Source: Amphiscolops sp. MND2022 (lineage: Eukaryota). Taken from it: DNA of 64,000 nucleotides. The DNA is taken from the NCBI GenBank assembly GCA_964187785.1, contig OZ076409.1, positions 68,884,001 to 68,948,000 on the forward strand. The letters are read 5' to 3'. Position 1 is the stretch's first letter. Every line of letters begins with the position of its first letter. A program made the position numbers and the translations under genes. The notes below the pieces were generated by a model. It was not told the origin of the DNA, made no database searches, and saw only the letters and a list, made by a program, of their open reading frames with translations. Below are positions 1 to 12,804 of the stretch, in pieces.

Positions 1-1391
1 TCGTCTTGCTTTGATACAAGACCCCAATCTTCAATAGTTTGAGATCTATTTTTCAGTTCCCCCGAGTTTTCTAGTTTGAACTCTTCTGTGAACTCCCCCA
101 TTGTAGCTCTTTTAGTGGACCACATATATGTCCGTCCAATCAACATTGGAGTGTCTCTTGTTCAAGTTGGATGCAGTTTCAAAAAACGATTCAAGACGAC
201 AACAACATAGTGGTGGAGGAAGCTTCTGGTTTGGTAATGGCAGCAGAAAAGGCAGTGGAGTGCTGGTGTCAGAGCAAAATCGATGAGTTGCAGCCTCTGA
301 GCACCGGCGGCAAAACGGTGTCGTAAATGTGTCAGTTTGACAACGAAGCCAGGCGCTCATAGTTTTCAGAAATCAAATGAAACCGATGAATAAAAAATTT
401 CTGAAGGAGCTTTGATGCAATCACCAAGAAAATGAACCAATATCACACGCGTACAGTCGTACTGGCGATGAAACGATCAGGTGGTAAAACGACTCCTAAC
501 TCCTGTTGGCCCAGCAAAACACCGACACTGATGATATAACAAGCAAACAAAAAACGAGAAACATTCTCATCGAAAATCAACATCGATCAAGCAGTCCATA
601 CTCGTGCCACCGCATAATCCAACTGAAAGGACAATTCATCAAACTTAAGCCACCCAAATGGAATTGGAAAAAGAAGAACGACAAAAGTTAACACGAGTGA
701 GCCTGTACACCCTACACGGAGGCAACTAACTGCTGCCAATAAAATGTACCGGATTATTATTGAATCTCTATTAGAGACAAAAAGAAGCTTTCACCAATCG
801 CGACGACTTTAATCGCCGAACCTAATTGTCTCGCAAAGTTGGTGAAAACCAGTATTTCTAACGACTATGTATAGAAATACATCGACTCGGAGGACATTTG
901 AGCAATATCACTCATTGGGACAACGAAATAACATGACAACATGGCAATGAAGGCCCTCGCAAAAAGCTATGTTGACCACTGGTACAACTGTCAAAAGACG
1001 GTTTCCCATTCCTATTTCAAAACCGAGAAATGGCTGTTCTGCTTCCATTTTTTTTACGGATGAATTTAAGTTCTCGTGTAAACAAAGGGGCAAACATGTT
1101 CGGAGAGTCGGTGAAACAGTTGGTCCTTGCCCTAGAGCTCTTCAGTAGAAACACAAAACAGTACACCAAAAATCACTGCTCTGATTAACAAGGAGTACGA
1201 CAACCTTCCAGTGAACTTGTTATTCTCCAGAGGGAAACTATTTGGAATACCTTTTTTCTGACAGGATCATAATACCGCGTGTACTACAACGAAAGGCCAT
1301 TCGTCTCCTCGACATCTGGACACAGCGAATTCAAGAAACTGATGTCTGCTGACAAAACAAAATTTGTGACTGGCTTGACGTGGAGATCATG

Positions 1392-2843
1392 TGTCATGCC
1401 AGCATGATGGAAAATAATCTACTAGATATCTGTAATGTGAAAAATTATGTCGTATGTACTTATCTGTGGGCAATATGTAGTCATTTAATTACATCCATGG
1501 TCGCGCGCAACTCGTTACTTGTACCTAATGCCATCTTCCCCCTGAGTTTCAGCTATGTATTTACATTATTATTGAGACCCCTAGTTCCGGTGCCACCATA
1601 AATGAGCATGCAAGATAGTAATCGCTAATTTACCAATATGGCTTGTCACGACAAGAAGGAGAAAGTATTTACAAACAAAACTGGACTGACAGATGTAAAA
1701 GAGATGAACTTGTGAGTGGAGGCATTTAGCTCTCGCCTCAGAGTAAAGCTGTTGTGATTTTCCTTTCACTACTAGTTCGTCGATTTGTTATGCCATTAGG
1801 GAAAGAGCAAAATTCATCTATTTCTCATCGGTGCAACATTTCGTAATATATCATTCATTTACATCGTAACTCCATCAGTGGAATTGAGTTTGTAATGAAT
1901 TAACATATCCATCCGCGAAAATGAGTCTAAATCACTATTCACACTCATATTATTGCTTTTAGTCTACATTGGATTGATTATCAATTTTTTCTCACTCCCT
2001 TACATGTACGAGCATCATTTCTACATCATTCGGGTACACTGACTATAGAGCATTGCTTGCTAGTGGAAGTGAGGAATACTTCAACTAATTTTCATCTAGA
2101 AAAGGAGTATTGTGCTGGATTAAAGTGAAATACATGTAATTCATCGAACCCTTGAAACTCATTGTTAATATTTTGGTGTTTTATTGTTCAATTGTGGAAC
2201 CATATACACTTCAAGTTTGCATTCAATTAATTGTTATTTCATCGATGCTGTTAATCACGTTGAGGACTCACTTGTAATTGCATTAGCTGTGAACGTTCAT
2301 CACTTTCACATCGTCATGGTAACAAAGATTGATGTGCTGGTACGTACCCAGTGTAAACTGATGGTAATATGTAAATCAAGTAATTGCGCTACCATTGCGT
2401 TGATTCTGGCCACCCAGAGTCAAATTGCGACATAAGGCATCACACGGCTAAACTAATTAGCATCTGCCGGACTACTAACCAATGAGAAAAGGAAATTGGT
2501 AAGAAAAGTCTTACCGTACAGTTGTGGTAAAGTCTTGAAATCTAAACTGACTACTTGCTCACTTAATTCTACCGCAATTCTCGATATTCAAACTCACCGA
2601 AAAAATACTGCAATTTGAAATGACTGAAGCAAACATCGCAGAAAACGAATCCACAAGAGAGTCAAGTGTGACTTCTCAGGTAGCTGAAACAAAAGACAGT
2701 TATGAAAGAAAGTTCAGTGAGTTACAGTCTGAAATAGAACAGTTGAAGTGCCTAATGATCGCAATGATGGAAAAGTCGAACAATACTAGTGCGAACTTGG
2801 CAGGTCAAGGTTCTTCAAAGCGGCCCCTCACGTGGGTCTGACA
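1392..2843 (+). mobile_element. LTR of a third Ty3/gypsy family (family C), probably a 3' LTR
   Basis: Begins TGTCATGCC (like element B LTR start TGTCATGCCC) and ends TCTGACA (TGTCA...TGACA termini). Its last ~220 bp encode a Gag-N-terminus-like coiled-coil peptide, as in elements A and B. No matching TSD (tcatg/ccagg) and no PBS after it. Confidence 0.6.
2620..2841 (+). pseudogene. LTR-encoded Gag N-terminal segment (family C)
   Basis: MTEANIAENESTRE...YERKFSELQSEIEQLKCLMIAM resembles element B Gag N-terminus (SDNESET...IDRRFNEINRQIGDLTNIVLTL) and ends at the LTR boundary. Confidence 0.5.
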
Positions 2844-3578
2844 CCAGGATTGAGGAAAAAAGTGTTTTCCATGCCGAGCCAAAGGTAGGACACTAAAAAT
2901 CACAATCCTTTGACTGAAAAAAGTAAACGACCCAAACTAAATGATCCCAGCGAGGAAATTCAAAACGATTTCACTGGGAATTTAACCGACTACGTTGGGA
3001 TTTTTTTACTTGTAGCCGTAGAAAGATTCAGTATATGGCAACAGAAGAATTGTGCCTTAATTGAGCCGCTAACATGGTAACAGATTTTCTTGAACGCTAT
3101 TTCATCATTGACAGATTAACAAAACAATGAGTATCGACAGCAGTATCGCGCTCATTGCGGCTAAAATCAAAGAACTTCCAAAAAATGGTATTAAACAATA
3201 CCCGAAATGCTAAACTGACTTACTGCTACAAGCCGAGTTGAAAAGTCAATTCAAAAAAATTTTCAAGGCAAATGCCGAAGACGTGACGAATACCCGACCG
3301 TTAGCACTTAGATTGAATAAAACAACTAATCATACCTGATTTGAAAACTTACCGTTTGAACTACACTTCCGTAGGCAGCCAAGAAACAAAATGATAATAT
3401 CATCGGTAGCATCAAACAAGCCAAGTGGAGAAAAAGTCTTAGAGGAGATGAGCAACCTAACCTCTACGACCAAGACGAAACCGGTCGAAAAGCTGTTGAT
3501 TGCACTCAATTAACGAGCGGCCGTGCTGTGCGAGAATTGACGCCACTGTCTTCGTCGAAAAATCAAATTGAAAGAACT

Positions 3579-4054
3579 AAACAAGACGGGAACGTCTAAA
3601 GTCGGCGCTATATCTAAGGCTCAAAGAGCGGAAAAGACTTTTTTTGAAAAAAACTTGAATTTTGGATCTTTTTCTTCCAGAAAATGTCACATAGTGCCAA
3701 AAAATGTAAAGGGGGGACCCTTTGGGCTTTATTAACATATATTTTGTTGCAAAATATCAAAAAACTCGAAGGGGGATTCTTTTGAGACATTAAAAAGTTT
3801 TCGAAAAAAGTCACACAATGTCGAAAAAAAATCGAAAGGGGGTACCCTTTAGTCTCGTACGGTTTTGTAGGTTACGTTAAAAAAGTAAAGAATGAAAGGG
3901 GGGACCCTTTTGCACTAATTTCCGCTGACCGGACTTGGCCTTATGGTAGTTTTAGTGGTAGTTTTAGTAGTTTCAATTGTAAGAAAAGTGGCCCAATCAG
4001 AGTGAGATTGTAGTCTGATGAAAAAAAAGTCACTAGAAAAGCGCCGACTAAAAA
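3579..4054 (-). mobile_element. Non-autonomous Helentron/DINE-like (HINE) element with GGGGACCC internal repeats
   Basis: Subterminal inverted repeats AGTCGGCGC / GCGCCGACT, terminal hairpin AGACG-ggaa-CGTCT, A/T-run ends, internal AAAGGGGGACCCTTT units; multiple copies in window. Confidence 0.65.
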
Positions 4055-5336
4055 CTGAACGTAATAGAGTTTTCCAGGCCATTCACAACTCGTTACTTAA
4101 CAAAGGGTAGTTATATTGGATTGGTACAAGGATAACTCCGATGGAGTACACTGACTACTTAAAACAGCATGAGCAACTAGCCACCATTCCAGTGGCCCTC
4201 GATAATGCTAGAAAACACTCCTCGTGAAGGGGGAAATGTGGCCGTAGAAGGTACCTTTCGAAATGAGGCTGGAAAAAGGACACGAGACGGGATCGTCTCA
4301 TCGGTGCACCGCTCAAGCCTCTAAAAATCTTAAGACACGAAGTCTTAGAGTTTCTCAGGGCGTCTGGGAACTTTCTAAAAATCTCAGAACTTTTCCGAAG
4401 TGATTTGAAAATCTAAATTTCGAAAAAAAATTAAACAGAGTTGAAAAAGCCCAAAGGTTTGCAAGAATGAAAAAAATTAGTCCTACGCGGGGTGCGAACT
4501 TACGAACGCTTTTGCTGTGAAAGTGTGTTTAAAAAGTAGACCCCCTAATCGTATGCACTGTGTGTGTAACTACCCAATATGTCAGACAATAGATGGTGGG
4601 TTCGAATCTCCCATTGCAACCGACTTTAAGTGCAATGAAATATTGTTGCTTTCCGTATATTTTTAAAATATGGTAGCTACTAGATGATCAAGTATTTTCC
4701 AACAAAATAACTGACAATAGGCATGCTTAACAGTCAAAGTTGATTTCAACTAACTCTCTGGATATTCAAACTCACGAAAACATGCAAAGATTGAACAAAA
4801 ATTGCATCAAACTGTCAAAAATTGTCCTTAGTTTGGCAGTTTTATTTTTCGGGCTTTCTGTTCTTTTGAAAAACAAAATCAGCGTTTACTGTTGAAGAAA
4901 ATTACTGCTGAAAAAAAATTCTACAATGTTTTTTGTGGGCCTTTCCAGTTACTTTTAAAACAAAAAAAAACATCTGTTACTTTTCTGAAAAGCGTACGAG
5001 TTAGCTGGTTTCATTATCATATATCATTGTGAATGATATAACTCCTAAAAACATTCGAGACATCTATAAAATTTGCCTGAAATTGGACAAAAGGTGAGAT
5101 TTTTCACATTTTTAGCTTTTTGGCCCTTAACAACTTAGCCCATCCAAAAACATACTCTAGCTAGTATCAGCGGCCAATCCAGTTTTGTAAAATTAGTCAT
5201 AAGAGGTCATTCAATAACAATCTTTTTCGAATTTTGAGAACGATTTCTAAATAGTCAAGTCTTCACTTTCAGATGTGATTGTGACATTCCTAACGGTCGT
5301 AATAATCTAGAAGTGCAAATGAGATGTCCGAAAAAG

Positions 5337-6231
5337 AAACAAGACGAGAACGTCTAAAGTCGGCGCCATATCTAAGGCTCAAAAAGCGCAAAAGACTTTT
5401 TTTGAAAAAAAACTTAAATTTTTTTTTTCGAAATTTTATCGATTTTTTTTCGAAAAACCAAAAAAATGGACTGAGTGGCGCACCGGGGCCCGCTAGCGCG
5501 AGCCCCTGGCGCGCTAAAAGAGGGAGACTTCCGAAATTGTCAACATTTTTGTTGCTGTTGAAGGAGGAACCCTTTGGAGAAAAAACAAATTTTCGAAAAA
5601 AAGTCTCACAATGCCGAAAAACTGAAAGGGGGGACCCTTTGGGATTTTTAAACACCCAATGTGTTGTAAAATATCAAAGAAATTGAAGGGGGACCCTTTG
5701 GAGAGAAAATAATTTTCGGAAAAAATCTCACAGTGCCGAAAAAAACTGAAAGGATGGACCTTTTGGGGTTTTTCACCATCCATTCAGTCGCAAAACATCA
5801 AAAAATTGAAGGGATGAAAATTTTTTATTTTCGAAAAAAAATCTCACAGTGCCAAAAAAACTGAAAGGGGGGACCTTTGGAATTTTCCAACATCCATTTT
5901 GTCGCAAAACAGCAAAAAATTGAAGGGGGGACCCTTTGGAGACAAAAAAAATTTTCGAAAAAAAAGTCGCACAGTGCCGAAAAAAACTCAAAGGGGGGAC
6001 CCTATTGTCTCGTCAGGTTTTGTATCTTACGATAAAAATGGAGTAACTGAAAGGGGGGACCCTTTACACTATCTTAAATACGCTCCCCGTTTGCCGATCC
6101 AGTACTTTAGTTTAGTTGTTCTGTTCTGTAAAAAGTGTCCACTACGCATACATTCTGTTATCTGACGAAAAAAAAAAACTAGCCACTGTAATAGTCGGGC
6201 TCATTTTCTTCTAAAATGCGCCGACTAAAAA
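5337..6231 (-). mobile_element. HINE-like element, longer copy with ~60-bp internal tandem units
   Basis: Same termini as 3579-4054 (AACAAGACGAGAACGTCTAAAGTCGGCGCC ... GCGCCGACTAAAAA) with roughly nine GAAAGGGGGACCCTTTG-type units. Confidence 0.7.
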
Positions 6232-7175
6232 CACTCCATCGTCTAAAGCTCTGCACAAAGTTTTACATCGTCGAATTAGCTAATTGATAAAATAATTCAA
6301 GCAAGCCGGGAAGGCTAGGCATCAGTGCCCCTCCTAAGGCTCGAAAAAGGAACAGTTATTCAAATCGTTACGGGAAAATTCTCAAAGTCTCAGTGCTGAA
6401 AATATATAAAGGAAGTATCATTTGGTCTTCTAAAGTTTCTCTGACTTTAGAACAACCAAAGAGAGGACAAAACAGCTTTTGTGGATTAAAAAGATTCCCT
6501 TGTTTACAGTGCATGAACTTTTTACATGTTTTTATAGGTTGCCTGACACTTTTAATAAAGTTCTGGGTGATTCTCTGAGATGTTTTCATGCTCGAAAATT
6601 TCGCTGTTGAGCTGATAATTATCCAGGTCTTAATCAAGGTTTATGCAAAAATTGGCTGGTTTTACGAGCAGCATCAAAGTTGTAGAGGACGAAAACCCGC
6701 AAAACTTTTGTTAGTTTTTGCCGGCGAAGTGAGGGTTCTTGTATGCACAGACGCTACTTATGATGTGAACAAACTCATCTAAATGTGCCACTGAAGCAAA
6801 GAAATTGGTCTCACTGAAAAATCTTCAGCGCGGTTTATTTTTTTCGCCTGAAAAACACAAGGTCATAGAAAATTTGTCACGACTTGGAGTCATTAGGGCA
6901 GAAAATCATAAGTTTTCATGGTATCCTGAAAAAAACTTGATGGAACTATGTTAGAGCGTATTATTGAAAATGAGAGATTTTCATTGGACTGTTTAAAAGT
7001 TTGACTTTCACATCACCTATTAAAGTCGAGAATCAAAAGGATAAAAACAACTGACGCTATTTTCAGTGAAAAATTCTCAGAAGGAACAAAAAAACGAAAC
7101 TTTCTTCTTTCGACGTGTAAAATTTTTTCAAATTTTCGAATAACATTTATCAAATTCATTTACCAATCAATAGCG

Positions 7176-8090
7176 AAATAAGACCTAAAAACGACAAACA
7201 AGACCTAAAAAAGTGGGAATTAGACCTAAAAACGACAAACAAGACCTAAAAAAAATGGGAATTAGACCTGAAAACGACAAACAAGACCTAAAAAAGTGGG
7301 AATTAGACCTAAAAACGGGAATAAGACCTAAAAGCGAAATGAGACCCATGGGGAGAACAGAATATTCTTTAAAGGAATAATATCTGAAGTTTTTTAAAGT
7401 ATGAAACGTGCCTCTGATATTTCTCCATTTCCTCTAGTGCCCCGCGGCCCCTTGGGGCCGCTTATGTTCCCATCTTGCTAAGCGAGGTCGAACAGGAGCA
7501 AAGACCTAGCGGAAACGGAGATCGCGAAGCGTGCATACACCAGATATGTCCCCACATTAGAAGGAGAAAGTACTGAAAATTTTGTGAGACATTTACGAAA
7601 GGTGATGTTTTTTTTCTTGAATAAAATGATTCGAGATCTGACTATTTTATAAAATCAATGGAGGAAAAAAATAATGATGAAAAATTTGTTATTTAATGGT
7701 TTTTTTTGTGTTGATTGCCTCAATTCCATCTGCTGGAGGTTTTTTCTTTCACGTTTTGCAACATTTTTCGATGCCTAATGGTTATCTGTGATGATTGCCT
7801 CAATCCCCAGATTCTGGAATATATTTTGGCCCTAAATGTTTTTTTTATAAAAAAATTAGTTTTTTAGGTCTTTTTCCCTATTTTAGGCCTTATTCCCTAA
7901 TTTACGCCTGATTCTCGTTCCTATTTTAGGCCTTATTCCCGTTTTTTAGGTCTTATTCCGCATTTTAGGTCTTATTCCTGTTTTTTTTAGGTCTTATTCC
8001 ACTACTTTTGAGTTTTAGGTCTTATTCCTTTAGGTCTTATTCCTTTTGACTTTTTAGGTCTTTTTCCTTAGGTTTTATTCCCGGTCCCCA
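7176..8090. mobile_element. Foldback-like element with tandemly repetitive inverted arms
   Basis: Array of AATAAGACCTAAAA units at ~7176-7345 and the reverse-complement array TTTTAGGTCTTATTCC at ~7860-8090 flanking a ~500-bp spacer. Confidence 0.6.
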
Positions 8091-8106
8091 ACATTATCTT
8101 CGGGTA

Positions 8107-8284
8107 GGGGCGCGAATAACGTCTAAAGGAATAACGTCTAAAAGGTGTTTCGGGAATAACGAACGTCCACAGGAAGAACGTCTAAATTCAATGTATTAAG
8201 ATTGGGAATGAGCACGACTGAGCTGAGCATGACTGAGCATGACTTGGCTTTAGACGTTATTCCTTTAGACGTTATTCGCGCCCC
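8107..8284. mobile_element. MITE (178 bp) with 36-bp TIRs and TA target-site duplication
   Basis: Perfect TIR GGGGCGCGAATAACGTCTAAAGGAATAACGTCTAAA at 8107-8142 and 8249-8284; TA on both sides (8105-6, 8285-6). Confidence 0.85.
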
Positions 8285-8629
8285 TAATTATCTCCCGTTT
8301 TATTATCAACGAGTTGAGCAAAAGTGAACTTTCATCAGAGTTACTGGTGTGTTTGCGACCGGTCAAACTTAGCAATGAGAAACAAAGTTTACTACGTTAT
8401 TCGCAGATTTCGAAGGAAATGCCTTTCGAGATTAGCAAGTTTTTGAAATTGTTTCAAAAACAAATCCATGATTCCTAACAGCAGACTTTCGTGTGCCAAG
8501 CTCTTTTCAGGGCACTGTTTTTGACGATGTTGTTGTTCCCGTCGTCCGAAGAAAAAGTTCATACCATAGTGAGCCAAATTAACATGCGACATTCATTGAT
8601 GTCATCTTTGGTATCAAACGTTTCCAATT

Positions 8630-9270
8630 TATGGGAAAACTTTTCAAATTTTTCATTGTGTTGTCTTTTCAGCTTGTTTTGACTGTTCCTTTTTGGATAC
8701 AATGAACTGATACATATTTTCTGCCGCAGAAGCTTTCTCGTGGACTCTTTTCTGTCGTGGAAGCTTGCTTGCAACTATTGCAGATTCTCTACGAGTTTGA
8801 TGTCCTGTTTCTAGATGTCAGGTGGCCTTCCAAAAACATCGTTTCTGTGGACCTACACATTCAATCTTAATGCTGGGCAGTATTGTTCTTTTTATTAGTG
8901 AAAAGAGCGAAATTTTTCATAAGCACTGTGGCTTATTTCGCCTTGAAAAACATCTTTTTATTGTCTTCCGTTCAAAAAGCGTTTCTGAACTTTTTTGTTA
9001 GCGCAATTTGTCTTTGGTGTAACCGAATCAGGAAAAACCATGTTTCTAATGTCAGAAAAGGGCCACATTTCATTCTTACGGGAAAACTTTTTGAAGTTTT
9101 CACTGTGTTGTCTTTTCACCCTGTTTTGACTGTTTCTTTTTGGAATCAAGGAACTGATACATATTTTCTGTTTCAGAAGCTTTCTCCTGGAATCATTTCT
9201 GTCGTGGAAGCCGACTTGCAGCTAGTGCAGATTCCTTAGGAGTTTGATGTCCCGTTTCTTGATGTCAGAT
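8630..9270. repeat. Diverged ~190-bp direct repeat pair (about 8630-8822 and 9077-9269)
   Basis: GGGAAAACTTTT...TGTGTTGTCTTTTCA...TGTTTTGACTGTT...AACTGATACATATTTTCTG...GATGTCAG occurs twice about 447 bp apart. Confidence 0.75.
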
Positions 9271-10497
9271 AGTTCCCGAAAACCTCAGCTAAGACTGAAA
9301 CTGATGTTTCAAAATTTCTACACATTTTTTATAAATTAACTTCTAATTTGTTGTTTTGAAATTCACTTATCAAATTTAGTGTATTGTTTGGTTTTCTATC
9401 AGAAGAAGATTCCGAGAGAAGTCATCGTTTTCAAGTGAACTCTTGCTCAAAATTTCATAGGTTGCAGGGACTTTTTCTAAAAGTTTTCATCTGGAAATTG
9501 ATCATTTTCCGAAGATTTATTAGGTTGCACAGCTTTTTTCAAAGCGCAGTGAAAAACTTCCAAGATTTTCCAAGATGCAGGAAGTTTTACAAGATTTTTC
9601 CCTGCATGATCCCTGAATTTTCTAGGTTTTTAAAAAGTCTCCCTGCATGCATTCATGCAACATGCAAAAAGTTCATGCAGGCTCGACTAGGGTTTTCAAT
9701 TAAAGTCAATAAGTATTTGAACGAAAAATACGAACTGGAAATATCCAAACGAATGAAAGAAGGAAGGCCTTTTCTGAAATTGTTCATTTCAAAATATTTC
9801 ACTCTGTGATGAACAAGTCTATGTACAGTTTTGTAACTTGAACAAAAATGTCAAAAACTGAAAGGCATGCATTTCAATTTTTTTGACCCTCTTCAGATCA
9901 TAGACGTGTTGAAGACGCATTTGGCCACTGCGACCGGGTGAAAAAAACTAAAAACAGGAAACAACTGACGAAAAACCACTTTACAATTTTTCATAGAGCG
10001 CCGACTAATGAGTGTAGGTTATGAAAGTTAATGGACTTTCAAAAATTACGGAAATTTGCCTCCAATGGGAGTACATTGATTGAAAGTTGTCAGGAAAGGA
10101 AGAAATTTTTTGCAGAAATTGGAATGAAGGATGTTCATAAACGTTGAAAAGGATGTAATTAGCACCTCGAGCATTCAAACATCTAAGAATATGGCTTTTG
10201 GAAAACTGTCATATTTTTTGTTGAACGTTACGACCGATAAATGAAATCCTTCGATAGAATTCGATGTATTTTATTGTCTTGGTTTTTACACCGAGCGGTC
10301 TCGCTAATTCTTTTCATCTTTTCCATTTTCAGGTTTTGACTTATCAAGTTGTACCTATTTGAACCTTCCGTTATACTTTGTGATAACCTGTCTTTTGAGT
10401 ATGAAATTGGCACACGGCAAATTATGAACAGAAACCCGGGTTGAGATATTAGTTCACATTTTTCTTATGAATGAAGGCGGAAAATGGAACACCTATT

Positions 10498-11526
10498 CTA
10501 GATTGTTTTAGGTAGTTCCTGAATTGAAAACATAAAAAGGCCGATCAAATAAATATTTAGAAGAAACGAAGTTGATTCGATTGGACATGTTTCATCCATG
10601 TGGGTCAAGGTGTGAAAAAGCTGCAAAATACTTTTCGAGATGACAAACAGATCTTCGAACAGCTCAAATTTCTCACTCTTGCCATCAAAAGTCATAGTGT
10701 TGGAGTTGACTGGGCGTATTGTGAGTTGTTGAGCTGTTGGTCTATTCTGCATTGTAGTCAAGACGTCGGCCAATCTGGTAATGGGATCAGGATCTGCAGC
10801 TGTAGCGATTCGCTCATGCGCTGGGATCATCGTGTCAAGGTTGATGTCCTCATAGGACTGATTGAGATGACTTCTTGATGGGATACGTCCTGTGAGAAAC
10901 TCAGGAACCTGATTTGGAGATTCGTTGTCTCCTGTCACCATGTCATGAACGTTCAATTCAGTGTAATCATTGTTTGACTGGTTCTCATCTTGTTCATTTC
11001 TCAAGTTATTCTTTGGGTTTAGATTTTGCTGAACTTCGGAAATTAGTTCCGGTCTCTCAGACGGAATGTCCCATCCCTTTCTGGTCCCGTGTCCTGATCC
11101 GGCCATTATAACATTTTGGATTTGAGGAAGCACCTGAGTACTTATCGCATCACTTATGGCTCTCTGTATTTGGACACTCACAGAATTCATCATCTCGTCC
11201 ATTTCTCGTGAAATGCGGGAATTTAATTCACTTAACAACCTGTTTATCTCAGCACTAGAGTTGCCTGTAACTGAATTGCGGTCACATTCGGTATTTGACC
11301 TAGAGTTAATATTTCTCTGGTTTCTACCTATGTTCCCATCCTCATTTTCGGATTCATTGCTGGCAAAGCTTCTAGATCTCCTGGGCAAATTGCTATTTAA
11401 ACTGCCTTCTCTTTCTCTCGTGTTAAAATGGTTCTCGCCTAGCATGATATCTAAATTCTCGATGTCAGATAACATTTCAAGTCCCCTTGACTTTCTTGCC
11501 TTCTTCTGTTTTCTAGTGGTTGGCAT
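10498..11526 (-). pseudogene. gag: Truncated gag copy starting in the 3' LTR and reading into flanking DNA
   Basis: Near-identical to the 24425-25861 protein up to ...KFELFEDLF, then unrelated sequence left of ~10645. Confidence 0.85.
10929..10940 (-). promoter_or_regulatory. Primer-binding site (second copy, downstream of the 3' LTR of element A)
   Basis: TGGTGACAGGAG directly abutting LTR end ...CATGACA. Confidence 0.8.
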
Positions 11527-12804
11527 TGAAACAGTTCCGAATTAAATAATGAATTAAACAACTCGGAAAAACAACAGCGGAGCCATTTGTAAGTCAATCT
11601 TTTCTAGTAGCGTCTCAAATGAATTGTGTCCCTTTCAGGCAAAGCACAGGTATTTATACTCCTGAGTGGGTGACACACATTTTCCACATGTTTCTAGTTA
11701 AGATTGGTATTTTGAGGAATGTAATGTACAACGTTTTGAAAGGTATTTAAGTTATTAAAGACCTCCAGTCACATACTTTACATATCATCGAATAGCATCA
11801 AAGCGCATATTTCAACAAAATCCCAATTTGGAGAATTCCTAACATATACATGTTTGTCATAACTGTAACATCAAACACTCAACATTCTGGTCGGCAAACA
11901 TATTGGTATTACAAGCAACATATTCATAGAAATATTATCTTTTCATTGTCAACAAATATCATCACGTGTTGATGGAATGCAAAACACGCATCATTGGTCT
12001 GTAATACTGACACGTGCCGCCATGCGGCTCTTAATCCGCACAGGGGAGGCAAGATCAAACAATACATGTTCAGTCATCGCACCATTGAAACAAAGCGTAC
12101 TCTAGTAAGGCCGAAATTGGCCAAATCCAAGTTAATAGTATAGCATCAAAGGAAGAAGGGTAAAAGGGCTTATTCGGCTTTTGATTAATACTTGGTTTAT
12201 TAAACCCACAAAGATCAACACTGGTGTTATTTAGCACTGAGTACACGTCCAGAGGGATTCCTGAATAATTTAACTAGCCATAAGTACAAATAATTCAGCG
12301 TTGACATATTTCACGAAGACGGCCGGAACCGGCCGTTTGACCAAGGCATAAAGTGAAGTGCGTCTATTCAGTCAATTGGCCTTACTCGGCCATTAACATA
12401 TCAGAGTTGTATTGAATTAGCAAATTGGAGCGTTGTGATTGGTCAGGACAGCGAGCTCAAGTGACGCTTTTGGATTAGCACTGTGCATCACTCGAACTCG
12501 TTTCCTATACCGCTTTACAGTTGCTTCTATTTACGTAGCTTTCAATCTGATAATTTATATTCTAACTGCACTTCAACACATAGTAACCCGATCTGGATAT
12601 TTCCAAATTGTACAATTTTAACAGACTAATACGTATACGTATATAAATGAGAAAACTTAACAACGTCAATAAATTGCAACATATTCAAAACAACAAAATA
12701 GTGTAAAAGTTTGTTTAATTGTTTTTTTGACTAATAAATGGGAAGCGTGCCGGAAGCTGTCTCCTGTCCTTGTGTAGTCGTCGCGATCCTGGCAGCCTGC
12801 GACA
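10941..12804 (-). repeat. Element A 3' LTR (1864 bp)
   Basis: Direct repeat of 25276-27153 with scattered substitutions and a 15-bp deletion; TGTC...GACA termini. Confidence 0.85.

Noticed and set aside
3060..3520. Hydrophobic minus-strand reading frames with a GTAAG donor, possible host gene start
   Set aside because: Could not assemble a consistent gene model.
4226..4250. GAAGGGGGAAA-TGTGG as a PPT/LTR junction of another element
   Set aside because: No second LTR end or coding support in the window.
5290..6165. Lys/Phe-rich ORFs here and at 33040-33494 and 40525-40921
   Set aside because: Translation artefacts of the GGGGACCC repeat elements.
10635..10639. TCGAG near the left end of element A homology as the partner TSD of 27154-27158
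   Set aside because: It is several bases from the homology break and not adjacent to a TG terminus; the left end is a gag truncation, not an LTR end.
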